Source: Octopus vulgaris
Taxonomy: Eukaryota
Direction: 5' to 3'
DNA length: 64,000 bases
NCBI GenBank assembly: GCA_951406725.2
Contig: OX597840.1
Span: 29,450,001-29,514,000, forward strand
Positions 12,290-24,264 of the stretch are shown in pieces (within the stretch, counting starts at the first letter, position 1; the number at the start of each line of letters is the position of its first letter). The notes under the pieces were generated by a model. The model did no database searches and was not told where the DNA came from. It was given only the letters and a program-made list of their open reading frames with translations. Made by a program: the position numbers and the translations under genes.

Positions 12290-13799
12290 TGCGTACGCAC
12301 GAAAGGAAACTTATTGTAGTGACTGCAAAACTCAAGGTGGACACCAGATAACCAAATAGCACACAATAATATAATGGCAAAATTTATAACATACACAAGA
12401 AATTTACTAAAGGAAAAAGAGAAAAAATACTCAATGAGCAAAAATCAAGAGTGCATGCATGAAAGTGTATACGTCACAAAGTATAAACCCTTCCGCTGAA
12501 AGGAGCGGAGGGAAAGCAAAACTCACAGTCAATGAACCTAGGCGAAATTAAATCCAACTTCTCTAAAGGTGGTTGATCCTGCAAAATAGCAGTTAAACCA
12601 ATTGCTGCAGGAGAGGAAATGGAATTGACAGAAGCTCGCTAGTAACACAAAAGGCAAAAGTGCAAACATGCTGGTGTGATGCGCGACACAGATAATTTTC
12701 TGTTATTTACGTGACCAACAGTGGTCTAACAGGGAAAAATAATTACGCCTAACCATGGCGCAGCGCATGTGAACATCCGACGTCCTATGAGTCGGGAAAA
12801 GAACTAAGCCAACGCAAACGTGTTGCAAAAAACAAGGCAATACACGTGCGAAGCAAAGCCGCATGAAATGCAATAGAGCTTGCCAGACCGAAAAAACAGC
12901 AATGAATATGCCAGTGGTTAAGCGATTATATGCCTCGTTCGTACAGGAACAAAGGTATGACATGCCGGCGCGTTATAATGGACAAACAACCCTCTCTATG
13001 TATACGTGACCGCTAGGGTCTATAGAAATGAGGGGTGTCCAAAAAAGGCAAATTCAGCATGGAAAAAAAACAAGCGAGAAAAGCATGTGTGACGTATGTA
13101 TGTGAGAGAGAGCATTTATGTGTGTGTACGTGTGTGCGACAGAAATACATACAAGGTGAATGCGAGCAAAATATAAAAACAGCGCATAGAAAAAATGTCT
13201 CTCAAGGCTATTCCAGACAAGAGTTATTTTACCAGTCTCTAATAGCCTGATGCACAATAGCAGTTCGTTCTGTAACAGAATGTTGAGATCACAAAGGCAG
13301 ATGCCGATTGAACACATATCGTGTAGCGGTTGTGGCTTCAATGCTGTGACAGGTTAACTGGAACAGAAGAATCTCGTAGATAGACGGTGCTGTTTTCCCT
13401 TGGTGTGCATATGCACAAAACAGCGTGCACGCTAAAGTTCCGCGAGTTGCTATGTACATCATGTGGAGGTCGACGGTGTTGAAAGGCGACGGTGGTGGTG
13501 GAAGGCGACTGTAGTGGACTTGAGACAACATCGTTCTTAGTGATGATGGCGACGAAGATAGCGACGACGTGAAGTAGAAAAACGACGATGGCGATGACGA
13601 AGGTGGAGAAAAGGCATCGATGATGTGATGGCGTTCGTCATCATGGCTGTAGAATAAGAAAGAGGCTCCTTCTACAACTGTTTGTGGTGGCCGGAAACAA
13701 ATCGTCGAAAGATGATGCGTAGAGTTAAATCGTGTTCCGACTTCGCAGAAAAACTGGATTTTTTTTTGTTGATAAGTGATCTCCGGTTTTAGACCAGAA

Positions 13800-13818
13800 T
13801 CACGTCGGGAGGTCACCA
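13800..13818 (-). other. Primer binding site, tRNA-Trp
   Basis: Minus TGGTGACCTCCCGACGTGA, 1 nt after the 5' LTR; complement of the tRNA-Trp 3' end (TGGTGACCCCGACGTGA) with a 2-nt insertion. Confidence 0.8.
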
Positions 13819-13819
13819 G

Positions 13820-14431
13820 TGTAACGAGCTTAGTGTGAGTGTGTATCTTGTCTTGTACTTTCGGGGTACAAGAAAGCAATCACTAGCCGTTGCTTTAATA
13901 ATCCAGAATTCTACTAGTCAGAAACAACAAGACGCAGACGTAAAATATATATATACTACTTTATTCTCTTTCTTGGTAACAATAACAATAAGTGGTTATC
14001 TGATGTCCTTGGTTCGGGGCGCGCAAGGCTGAAAGTTAATCGATTGTAATATTTACAATATTCAGCCGCTAAAACCAGAACGGGTTCAAGATGGCGTCGA
14101 ACAGGGAAGTTGAATGTGGTCGGCAACAATTTGGTTAAAGGCATTCGGCCGACTGCTGCTAGAATCAAGTCCTGAGGAGAGAGAATATACGTGACCGTTG
14201 CCTTCGATAGCCATGTCTCAAAGTCACCCCTGACTGCTGCTAGCAGTCAAACGTTCTACGACCCCCTTGCCTCGCTAATGAATGTGGTCGGCAATAGGGT
14301 TCTTCTTCCGGTGCTTCGCGCATGCGCGAGAGGGCCCTTCCTTTCTCTGCCTTCATGAAGGCACCAACACTCGCACGCGCGAAACAGAAAATGGACGGTG
14401 CGCGCGCGCGCACCGTTATAGGGTCACTACA
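13820..14431 (-). repeat. 5' LTR
   Basis: tgtaacgagc...gggtcactaca, followed by the gtac TSD. Confidence 0.9.
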
Positions 14432-14737
14432 GTACAAAGCATAAAAACCACGTTCATATACGGACATGCCCTTATGCACTCATACACATACACGCCCATA
14501 TATGTACATACCCGCACATGTTTGTATACGCATACATACACACGCATATACAAAAAAAGAATATACATATGCCCCCCCCCCCAAAAAAAAAACCTTAAAA
14601 AATGGAAAAATACTAAGTAAAAACGTCTATATATATATGGATTCTTATGCCCGCACACACGCACACATCTAAAACTGCCCACTCATACATATTCACACAC
14701 GTGTACAAATAAATCTATATACACGTCTATATATATA

Positions 14738-15318
14738 TGTAGTGAAGTGATCCTATACAACACGGCGCGCGCGCGCAACGCCCTCTCGCGAATACACGAA
14801 GTCCGAAAGAGGGAATTTTGCTGACGTGGCCTTAGCTGACAGCCTTGCTGACGTGGCCTTAGGCAAGGGAGCGTGAGCCTTAACAAAGAGGCAAGGGAGC
14901 GTAAAGGTTGACCATTAGCGTCCGACAGACAGCGGCAGGCATTTCACCAAAGCAGACGTTTAATTCGCTCTCTCTCTGGTTTTGATAGCAGCAGTCTTTT
15001 GGCCGAAGACATTTAACCTGAATTGTTGCAGACATCATCTTCTTCCTCCGGACGCCATTTTGACCCGTTCTGTTTTTTAGCGGCTGAACATTGTAAATAT
15101 TACAATCGATTAACTTTCAGCCTTGCGCGCCCAGAACCAAGGACATCAGATATACCACTGATTTCTCACCGGTATAAAACAATAAAGTATATCTATTTTT
15201 TTACGTCTGCGTTTTGTGTTTCTTTGACTGGTAGAGTCTGGATATAAAAGCAACGGAAAGTGATTGCACCAACTTGCACCTCAAAAGTGCAAGAGGAGAT
15301 ATTCACATATTCCTTACA
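14738..15318 (+). mobile_element. Solo LTR of a related subfamily, opposite orientation
   Basis: TGTAGTG...CCTTACA flanked by tata/tata; 15050-15305 is a diverged reverse complement of LTR 11680-11940. Confidence 0.8.
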
Positions 15319-15324
15319 TATATA

Positions 15325-16150
15325 TCAAGAACTCGGCTTTCTCACACTTGAAAATCAACATACTGATAGCAGACTTAGGATAATAAATAACTTATCCCCC
15401 TTATGCGAAACCTATGAAACAAAGAAACGTGTACTGAACTTTATGCACCACATGCAAGTCCTCTGGACATGATCAGAAAGATAGGGTTAGGAGATGTAGG
15501 GGTGCTAGAAAGAAGTTAGATAGCATTATATATAATGAAACCAGTGGTGCCCGCCCTTGATACAGAGGTAAAGACTGGAATAGGATGCGGAGAGTTTGTG
15601 ACAAAGCAAACAGGGTAAACACATGGTACAAAGCCGACAAATATCAAGGAGTGAGGTTTGTAGAGGCCACAGCCCATGGAGAACTGGCCTAAAGATTTAG
15701 GACAACTTTGAAGGGGACTAAACTCAATATCAAAGATCGTTGAAAAACTGGGGAGCTCCATCAGATTACAGTTATGTAGGACGTACCCCTTTGAGAATAC
15801 CACATGCACTATGGAAAACTGCATGGTATGTAACATTAACTGTAGAACTAGAAATGTAGTCTACAACATAAGACGCTTAAAAGGTGCTTGTAAAGGCATG
15901 AACATGACATACATAGAGGAGACATGTAGTAGCATTGTGGAATGACAAAATGAACATCTGAGACAATATAATGACAAAAACCAGTCTTCCATATTCTACC
16001 AACATGCCAAAGACCAACATGGAGGCGTATTGGGTCGACTTGACAACTGCATTTTATCCACGCACCTGAAGAACCCAACACTCAAACAAATTCAGGAGTA
16101 CATCCTCATAAATGAAACATCCTCCATACTAAATAGGAAATACGCATAGA
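15325..16150 (+). mobile_element. Decayed Penelope-like element: RT thumb, linker and C-terminal GIY-YIG
   Basis: Frameshifted translation ..LRIINNLSPLCETYETKKRVLNFM.., WYKADKYQGVRFVEATAHGELA, IVEKLGSSIRLQLCRTYPFENTTCTMENCMVCNINCRTRNVVYNIRRLKGACKGMNMTYIEETCSSIVE*QNEH..IFYQHAKDQH..LKQIQEYILINETSSILNRK. Confidence 0.8.
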
Positions 16151-16736
16151 AGATAGTGATATCCTAATAACCACAGTTTATACACACACAAGTAGATTTG
16201 TTAGTAGGCTGTTATGTAGACGAATATATATATAGAGAGAGGTAGGCAAATGGATATATATGGTAAGCAGATACATAAGGAGATAAATAAGTACATAATA
16301 CGGGCAGACAAGTACACACACATACATATACAAAAGAAGATGGAAACACATGACCATATACAGAGGCGAACACTCACGCATACAAAGACACATGGACACA
16401 CATCCATACATAACAGACACACATACATAGTCAAAGAAACCTATACACATAGACACACTCAAACACGCACACACGAGGAGACAGAGGCACATACACATAC
16501 ATGCATACATATGTGCATACATGCACACTGATGCACACAATATACGCACAAACAAACAAAGGATGCAGTTCCGATAACGGACTGAGTCAACAGCTATTGA
16601 AGAGGTTGCAAGAAGCAACGAAAATTTTAGGGAAAAATAATAATAAATGAATAGAAACTGAGCCAGTGAATGTGTTAATTAATAAGGCATTAAAACAGAA
16701 TGACTCTCTCCAGACACAACATATATATATATATAT

Positions 16737-16908
16737 AGGCGCGGGAGTGGATGTGTGGTAAGTAGCTTGCTTACCAACCACGTGGTTCCAGGTTCAGACC
16801 CACTGCGTGGCATCTTGGGCAAGTGTCTTCTGCTATAGCCCCGGGCCGACCAATGCCTTGTGAGTGGATTTGGTAGACGGAAACTGAAAGAAGCCTGTCG
16901 TATATATG

Positions 16909-16943
<35 letters not shown>

Positions 16944-17150
16944 ATGTTTGTGTGTCTGTGTTTGTCCCCCTAGCATTGCTTGACAACCGATGCTGGTGTG
17001 TTTATGTCCCCGTCACTTAGCGGTTCGGCAGAATAAGTATTGGGCTTACAAAGAATAAGTCCCGGGGTCGATCTGCTCGACTAAAGGCAGTGCTCCAGCA
17101 TGGACGCAGTCAAATGACTGAAACAAGTAAAGAAAAAAAGAGAAAAGAGA
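16737..17150 (+). mobile_element. SINE family A, full length
   Basis: Same head, body and tail as 1471-1931. Confidence 0.85.
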
Positions 17151-17163
17151 ATATATATAAAGA

Positions 17164-17478
17164 CTAGCAGTATCACCCGGCGTTGCTCGGGTTTGTAAGG
17201 GAAATAACTATATAAGCATTTTTAGAGAGTTATAGACAAGAAATAGCAAAAAATACATTAAAAATGGAAAAAAAATGATGGTAAATTATTTTTTAAATCG
17301 TAGACTCATCGTAAACGCGCGCTAATACCCAGAAAGGCTCGATATGAATCACGACTATAAGATACCCGGCTTTGGTTAAACTGCACCGCAAAATGTGGGA
17401 GTAGTTAGGAATCTAAATCGTAGGAGACAGACACTCACACAACTAGAGTTTTATATATATATATATATATATATAAAG
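17164..17478 (-). mobile_element. Non-autonomous Helitron
   Basis: Minus-strand 3' end: hairpin cccgagcaacgccggg then tgatactgCTAG; the other end runs into (TA)n. Confidence 0.8.
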
Positions 17479-17797
17479 TGGTTTTCCAGCATGGCTGTAG
17501 TGCAATGAATGAAACGAGTAAAAGATAAAATAAATAAAACCAAAATGGACTCTACCTATTTGTAAGAAAAAAATAAAGAATCTAATAGGTTATATAATCA
17601 AGACAGAGAATAACAAGTTGTAAATGGAATAGAAGAATCTCGCTGACAATTAAATTAAATCACTCTTTAGCTAAAGTCCTCGTATGTACCATAAAGAATA
17701 CTTGTGCTATAAAATGTGGGAAACTGTGATTAGAATATATATCACACAGTGTGGAAAACTGTCTCCTGTGATATATATATATATATATATATATATA

Positions 17798-18196
17798 CTA
17801 GCAGTATCGCCCGGCGTTGCTCGGGTTTGTAAGGGAAATAACTATATAAGCATTTTTAGAGATGTAAAGTATAATAGCCATCTCAATATAGCTAACCACA
17901 AAGGGGGGTGTTACTGTAGCTTTTTACGTTCTGAGATTTAATAATACATTTTAAAGAGTTACTTCCCTTATATAATAGCAAAAAAAATGCATTAAAAAAT
18001 GGGAAAAAATGATGGTAATTTTTTTTTTAAATCGTAGACTCATTGTAGACGCGCGCTAATACCCAGAAGGGCGCGATATGAATTACGACTATAAGATACC
18101 CGGTTTTGGTTACACTGCACCGCAAAATGTGGGAGTAGTTAGGAATCTAAATCGTAGGAGACAGACAGCACACAACCTCTCTTTTATATATAAAGA
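17798..18196 (-). mobile_element. Non-autonomous Helitron
   Basis: Minus 5'-TCTTTATATATAAAAG ... cccgagcaacgccgggcgatactgCTAG-3'. Confidence 0.85.
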
Positions 18197-18289
18197 TATA
18201 CAAACACAGATATGCACACAGAAATGTATTCTATTCTTTTACTTGCTTCAGTCATTTGACTGTAGCCATGCTGGAGCACTGTGCTAGTA

Positions 18290-18657
18290 GGATGCCAAGA
18301 GCACCATCCGAGCGTGATCGTTGCCGGAGCAGCCAACTGCTTCCGTGCCAGTGGCACGTAAAAGGGCACCATTCGAGTGTGATCGTTACCAACGTCGCCT
18401 TACTGGCACCTGTGCCGGTGGCATGTGTAACAAGATTGGAGCGAAGTCATTGCCGGTACCGCCTGGCTGGCTCCCGTGCCGGTGGCACGTAAAAAGCACC
18501 CACTACACTCTCGGAGTGGTTGGCGTTAAGAAGGGCATCAAGTTGTAGAAACTCTGCCAGATCAAGATTGGAGCCTGGTGCAGCCATCTGGTTCGCCAGC
18601 CTCCAGTCAAAATCGTCCAACCCATGCTAGCATGGAAAGCGGACGTTAAACGATGAT
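18290..18657 (+). mobile_element. RTE-type 3' end
   Basis: aaaagcacccactacactctcggagtggttggcgtt...gcggacgttaaacgatgat. Confidence 0.75.
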
Positions 18658-18658
18658 T

Positions 18659-18723
<65 letters not shown>

Positions 18724-18780
18724 TAGCAGAGATACCCGGCGTTGCCTGGTTACATTCAATTGAAGAATTAGACTTTTCTG

Positions 18781-18814
<34 letters not shown>

Positions 18815-18922
18815 ATGCACACACACACTCAACACATATATGTATATTAATATAAATATATGAAAGTACATGAAGTTTGTTAAAAAAGAGGTGATCATGT
18901 ATATACCTCCTGGCTGTTGAGA

Positions 18923-19387
18923 TTATAACACCTTGTTGTAAACAATGTTCCTTGTTTTTCCTTGTGCAGCATATACAAAAAGGTTTCTTTTGGTTCCCAC
19001 TCTTGAGCAACCAACATACAGTTGCCCATGCGAGAAGCAGGGCTCTTCCAAGAGAAGACCAGCTACAGAGAGGGTTTGACCCTGAGATTTGCTAATGGAC
19101 ATGGCAAAGCTGACACGAAGGGGGAATTGCAGTCTTCTGAATGTAAATGGAATTTCTGCTCCTGATGGAGTAAGAGGAAATCTTGGAATAAAGACGTCAT
19201 CAGCTTTTCCACATCCAGAAAGAATGATCGCCTCGATAACGTGTGACATCATTTTCTTTATCACCAGTCGTGTTCCATTGCAAAGTCTTGGTGGTTTCAG
19301 ATTGCGGAGTAGCATTACAGGAGTTCCCACTCTAAGTGCTAATATGTGTGGAGGGAGTCCAGGAGGCTCCAGTGAATTGAGAAATTC
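18923..19387 (-). pseudogene. Helitron RepHel C-terminal Pif1-family helicase fragment
   Basis: [41 protein letters not shown]...[23 protein letters not shown]...[13 protein letters not shown]...[10 protein letters not shown]; upstream part replaced by microsatellite. Confidence 0.92.
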
Positions 19388-19400
19388 CACCACCACCACC

Positions 19401-19432
<32 letters not shown>

Positions 19433-19992
19433 CGACAACAACGATATCGTCGTTTTGCCATCTACCATAACTGCCAACAACAACACCACTACTACAACCT
19501 CAACCACTACAAGTGACACCAACACTACACACTACCACCAACACTACCACCAAAAGCAAATCCAATTTTGCACAAGCGTTAAAAATAAAAAAAAGACAAT
19601 ACTAAACTTCAAAAGTTTGTGTTCGGATAATATTTTTTATGCAAAAGTTGTGCAACAACTAATACATTCGGTTGTGCAAATTCTTTGCACGTGAAACCTT
19701 CCCTGTGTGGCGTGTTTCCCGATTTTGTAGAATTTGCTTTCGGCTTTCTTAGCCATTTCTGTTTTGGCGACTTCAAAGCCATGAAGTCATCGTCGAAAAG
19801 AACGCCGGTCTCCTTGACAACGCTTACGACGTTAATTTCCTTACCCTGCCTTCCCCACAACTTCGTGAAGGAGGGAGGAAGGGGAGGAGCAACACAGGTG
19901 CAGGTGCGAGCATGGACGCCAACTCCGCCACCGACAAAAATTGGAAGAACCCAGACGACAGCTTCACAGTCAAAGGACAACTGTGCCACAAA

Positions 19993-20810
19993 CACCACCA
20001 CCATCACCACCACGACGACGACCACCACCACCACCACCATCACCACAACCACCATGACCACCACCACCATGACCACCACCACGACCACCACGACCACCAC
20101 AACCACCATGACCACCACCACCATCACCACTACCACCACGACGACCACCACCACCATGACCACCACCACCATGACCACCACCACCATGACCACTACCACC
20201 ATGACCACCACCACCACTACCACCATCACCACCACCACCACCATCACCACGACGACCACCACGACCACCACTACCACCATCATCACCACCATCACTACGA
20301 CCACCACCACGACCACCATCACCACAACCATCATCACCATCACCACTACTACCATGACCACCACCACCACCACCACACCATCACCACCATCACTACGACC
20401 ACCACCACGACCACCATCATCATCACTACCACCACTACAACCATGACCACCACGACCACCCCCACGACCACCATCACCACTACCATCATCACCATCACCA
20501 CTACTACCATGACCACCACCACGACCACCACCACCCACCATCATCACCACCACCACCACCACCACCACCACCACCCACCACCACCACCATCATCACCACC
20601 ACCACTACAACCATGACCACCACGACCACCACCACGACCACCATCACCACTACCATCATCACCATCACCACTACTACCATGACCACCACCACGACCACCA
20701 CGACCACCACTACCATCATCACCACCATCACTATAACCACCACCACGACCACCATCACCACTACCATCATCATCATCACCACGACCACGACCACCACGAC
20801 CACCACCATC
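19993..20810. repeat. (CAC/CAT/GAC)n compound trinucleotide repeat
   Basis: Direct reading; explains the poly-T/H/V ORFs. Confidence 0.95.
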
Positions 20811-21089
20811 GTATTAATAGTTTTAGTATTAAAGTGAAAGTGTCTGCATTACAATAGGGAGAGGTTTTTGTTTCACTTTTAACACGTAATACTGAAATAG
20901 TGGAGAAGATATGATATTGCTGTGGGGTCACCCTAGGAAAAAAGTTAAGATTTTTGCCGATGACATTCCCCGGACCTTAAGTAAGGCATGTGTAAAATTT
21001 GAATGAAATTGGTTGTGTAGTTCTCAAGTTTTAGGGAAACACACAGACAGACATACAGACAGACACACATTCTCAGTTTTATATATATA

Positions 21090-21488
21090 TTAGCAGTATC
21101 GCCCGGCGTTGCTCGGGTTTGTAAGGGAAATAACTATATAAGCATTTTTAGTGAGTTATAGCCCCCAAATAGCAAAAAAATGCATTAAAAATGGAAAAAA
21201 ATGATGGTAAATTTTTTTTTAAATCGTTGACTTATCCTCGATATTTTTAGAGAGTTACTTCCCTTATATAATAGCAAAAAAAAATGCATTAAAATGGAAA
21301 AAAAATGATGGTAATTTTTTTTTTAAATCGTAGACTCATCGTAGACGCACGCTAATACCCAGAAGGGCTCGATATGAATCACGACTATAAGATACCCGCT
21401 TTTGGTTAAACTGCACCGCAAAATGTGGGAGTAGTTAGGAATCTAAATCGTAGGAGACAGACACACAACTTGACTTTTATATATAAGA
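21090..21488 (-). mobile_element. Non-autonomous Helitron (tandem copy 1)
   Basis: ttagcagtatcgcccggcgttgctcggg ... ttttatatataaga. Confidence 0.85.
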
Positions 21489-21883
21489 CTAGCAGTATCG
21501 CCCGGCGTTGCTCGGGTTTGTAAGGGAAATAACTATATAAACATTTTTAGAGATGTTATAGTAAAAAAATAGCAAAAAAAATGCATTCAAAATGGAAAAA
21601 AATGATGGTAAATTTATTTTAAATCGTTGACACATCGTAGTCATTTTTAGAGAGTTACCTCCTTATAAAATAGCGAAAAAATGCATTAAAATGGAAAAAA
21701 ATTGATGGTAAATTGTTTTTAAATCGTAGACTCATCGTAGACGCGCGCTAATACCCAGAAGGGCTCGATATGAATCACAACTATAAGATATCCGGTTTTG
21801 GTTAAACTGCAAAATGTGGGAGTAGTTAGGAATCTAAATCGTAGGAGACAGACAGCACACAACCTCTCTTTTATATATAAAGA
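21489..21883 (-). mobile_element. Non-autonomous Helitron (tandem copy 2)
   Basis: ctagcagtatcgcccggcgttgctcggg ... ttttatatataaaga. Confidence 0.85.
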
Positions 21884-22311
21884 TAGATACATATGGATGT
21901 ATGTATTTGTTAGATTGCTTTCTGTTCCTTCCAGAAGTATATATATATTTCCATTGTACACTTCTTCCCTTCTTGATTTATTGCTTTATATTCCTACACT
22001 TTTCCAGACAAGTATTTTGCTTGTATTTTCATACATTATTTACTCTTTACTCTTTTACTTGTTTCAGTCATTTGACTGCGGCCATGCTGGAGCACCACCT
22101 TTAGTCAAGCAACTCGAGTATATATTTAAAAGAGTATATATATATATATATTGAGAAAGAAAGAGAGAGAAAGAGGGAGAGAGAGAGAGATAAATTGATA
22201 GCTAGAGATAAAAGAATAGGTATATATATTATATGTAGATATATGCTTATGTTTATATATATATATGTATATATATGTGCCACGCAGGGACTAACCGAAC
22301 CATATATATAA

Positions 22312-22360
<49 letters not shown>

Positions 22361-22854
22361 TCATCATCATCATCACTATTAAATGATTATAATGATGGTG
22401 ACTATATATATATATATATGCCTACGAATATATATGTGTGTGTGTGTATGTATATAAAAGTTTGTAGATGCATATATATATATATATACGTGCATGCATA
22501 TATATCTGCGCGTGCACACACACACACAGATAAATATATATACGTAAGGTCAAAGTGCTGTTCTGTGGAATTTCCATCATTCCATGTTGTATTGATTGAA
22601 CACATTGAAATCAATAACAGCAACAGAAAACGTCTCTGAAACAATTCAGTCATCAATAACAACAGCTTGTGTTGTGCAATATGTTGACAGCAGAGTCTGG
22701 GGTAAGAAAACAACGTCTGTGCCTCTGCTGTCTACAGCTACAAAGAACAGGATGTCCACATACAAGCGTACACACATACACACATACATACATAAATGCA
22801 TACATATATACATACGTAAAAGAAAATACAGGCGGATCACTTAATTCTTTCTTT

Positions 22855-23441
22855 TTCTTTTCTTTTTCTTGTTTCAGTCATCTGACCGTGGCCATACTGG
22901 AGCACTGCGTTTAATCGAACAAATCCATCCCAAACTTATTCTTTGTAAGCCTAGCACTTATTCTATCAGGATCTTTTGCTGAACCGCTAAGTTACGGTGA
23001 CGTAAACACACCAGCATCGGTTGCCAAGCGATGTTGGGGGGACAAACACAGACACACATATATATCCTCTTTTACTCTTTTATTTGTTTCAGTCATTTGA
23101 CTGTGGCCATGCTGGAGCACCGCCTTTAGTCGAGCAAATCGACCCCGGGACTTATTCTTTGTAAGCCCAGTACTTATTCTATCGGTCTCTCTTTTGCCGA
23201 AACGCTAAGTTACAGGTACGTAAACACACCAGCATTGGTTGTCAAGCGATGTTGGGGGGACAAACACACACACACATACGATGGGCTTCTTTCAGTTTCC
23301 GTCTCCCAAATCCACTCACAAGGCTTTGGTCGGCCCGAGGCTATAGTAGAAGACACTTGCCTAAGGTACCATGTAGTAGGACTGAACCCAGAACCATGTG
23401 GTTCGTAAGCAAGCTACTTACCACACAGTCACTCCTGCGCT
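22855..23441 (-). mobile_element. SINE family A, one full copy plus an extra 3' half
   Basis: Tail motif cttgtttcagtcat..gac.gtggccat at ~22868 and ~23085; head at ~23440. Confidence 0.8.
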
Positions 23442-23648
23442 TATATGAACAACTTCTTATCATTTAAGTTAAAATGATAGATAGAAATCAAGGAATTCTC
23501 CATCATGTAAGCAAGATAACATGGAAAAAAAGAGGTGAATTCAAATTCAGCTGCTAAAGTAAAATATAAGCATAATTATGTAAAGTCATCAGACGAAATG
23601 CTGCAAGAATAATCTGAAGAGAAAGTTCTCCACCTTGACTTGGACATG

Positions 23649-24165
23649 TCATCATCATCATCATCATCATCATCGTTTAGCGTCCGTTTTCCATGCTAGC
23701 ATGGGTTGGACGGTTCTACTGGGGTCTGTGAAGCCAGAAGGCTTCATCAGGCCCAGTCAAATCTGGCAGTGTTTCTACGGCTGGATGCCCTTCCTAACGC
23801 CAACCACTCCGTGAGTGTAGTGGGTGCTTTTTACGTGCCACCTGCACTGGTGCCAGACAGAGCTGGTAAACGGCCACGAACGGATGGTGCTTTTTATGTG
23901 CCACCGGCACGAGGGCCAGGCGAGGCTGGCAACGGACACGAAACGGGGCGGTGCTGGCAACGGTCGCGAAATGGAAAGTTCTCTTACATGCCACCTGGCA
24001 CTGGTAACACATCTGCAATTTCCATTGATCGATTTCCATTGATCGATTTCCATTGATCGATTTCGATTCTGATCCTCACTTGCCTCAACGGGTCTTCACA
24101 AGTAGAGTTTCGACATGCCACCAGCACTGGTAACACATCCGCAAATTCCATTGATCGATTTCGAA
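23649..24165 (-). mobile_element. RTE-type 3' end
   Basis: (CAT)n then cgtttagcgtccgttttccatgctagc...; nearly identical to 28419-28808. Confidence 0.8.
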
Positions 24166-24264
24166 ATTCATATTTTGTTTTGGGCTGTGAGTAACATCCT
24201 CAGATCGGTAAATGACCAAGTTAATTTATATAATTGACAAGACAGAATGATCCAAAAATGTGAT

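Larger units (their letters stand above)
11659..14431 (-). mobile_element. Complete non-autonomous LTR retroelement (Gypsy-like, TRIM/LARD type), 2773 bp
   Basis: Two near-identical LTRs reading TGTAG...TTACA on minus; GTAC TSD at 11655-11658 and 14432-14435; PBS and PPT in the expected positions; no pol ORF. Confidence 0.9.
18723..21089 (-). mobile_element. Internally deleted Helitron with Pif1 helicase remnant and (CAC)n-type filler
   Basis: 3' hairpin ccaggcaacgccggg plus CTAG at 18723; helicase fragment inside; 5' region resembles the other Helitron 5' ends. Confidence 0.75.

Noticed and set aside
18923-19525. Host PIF1 gene
   Set aside because: Only the C-terminal part, intronless, Helitron-type sequence, upstream of a Helitron hairpin-CTAG end.
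19609-20837. His-, Thr- or Val-rich ORFs of 230-320 aa resembling mucins or His-rich proteins
   Set aside because: (CAC)n-type repeat inside a Helitron; open in several frames on both strands.
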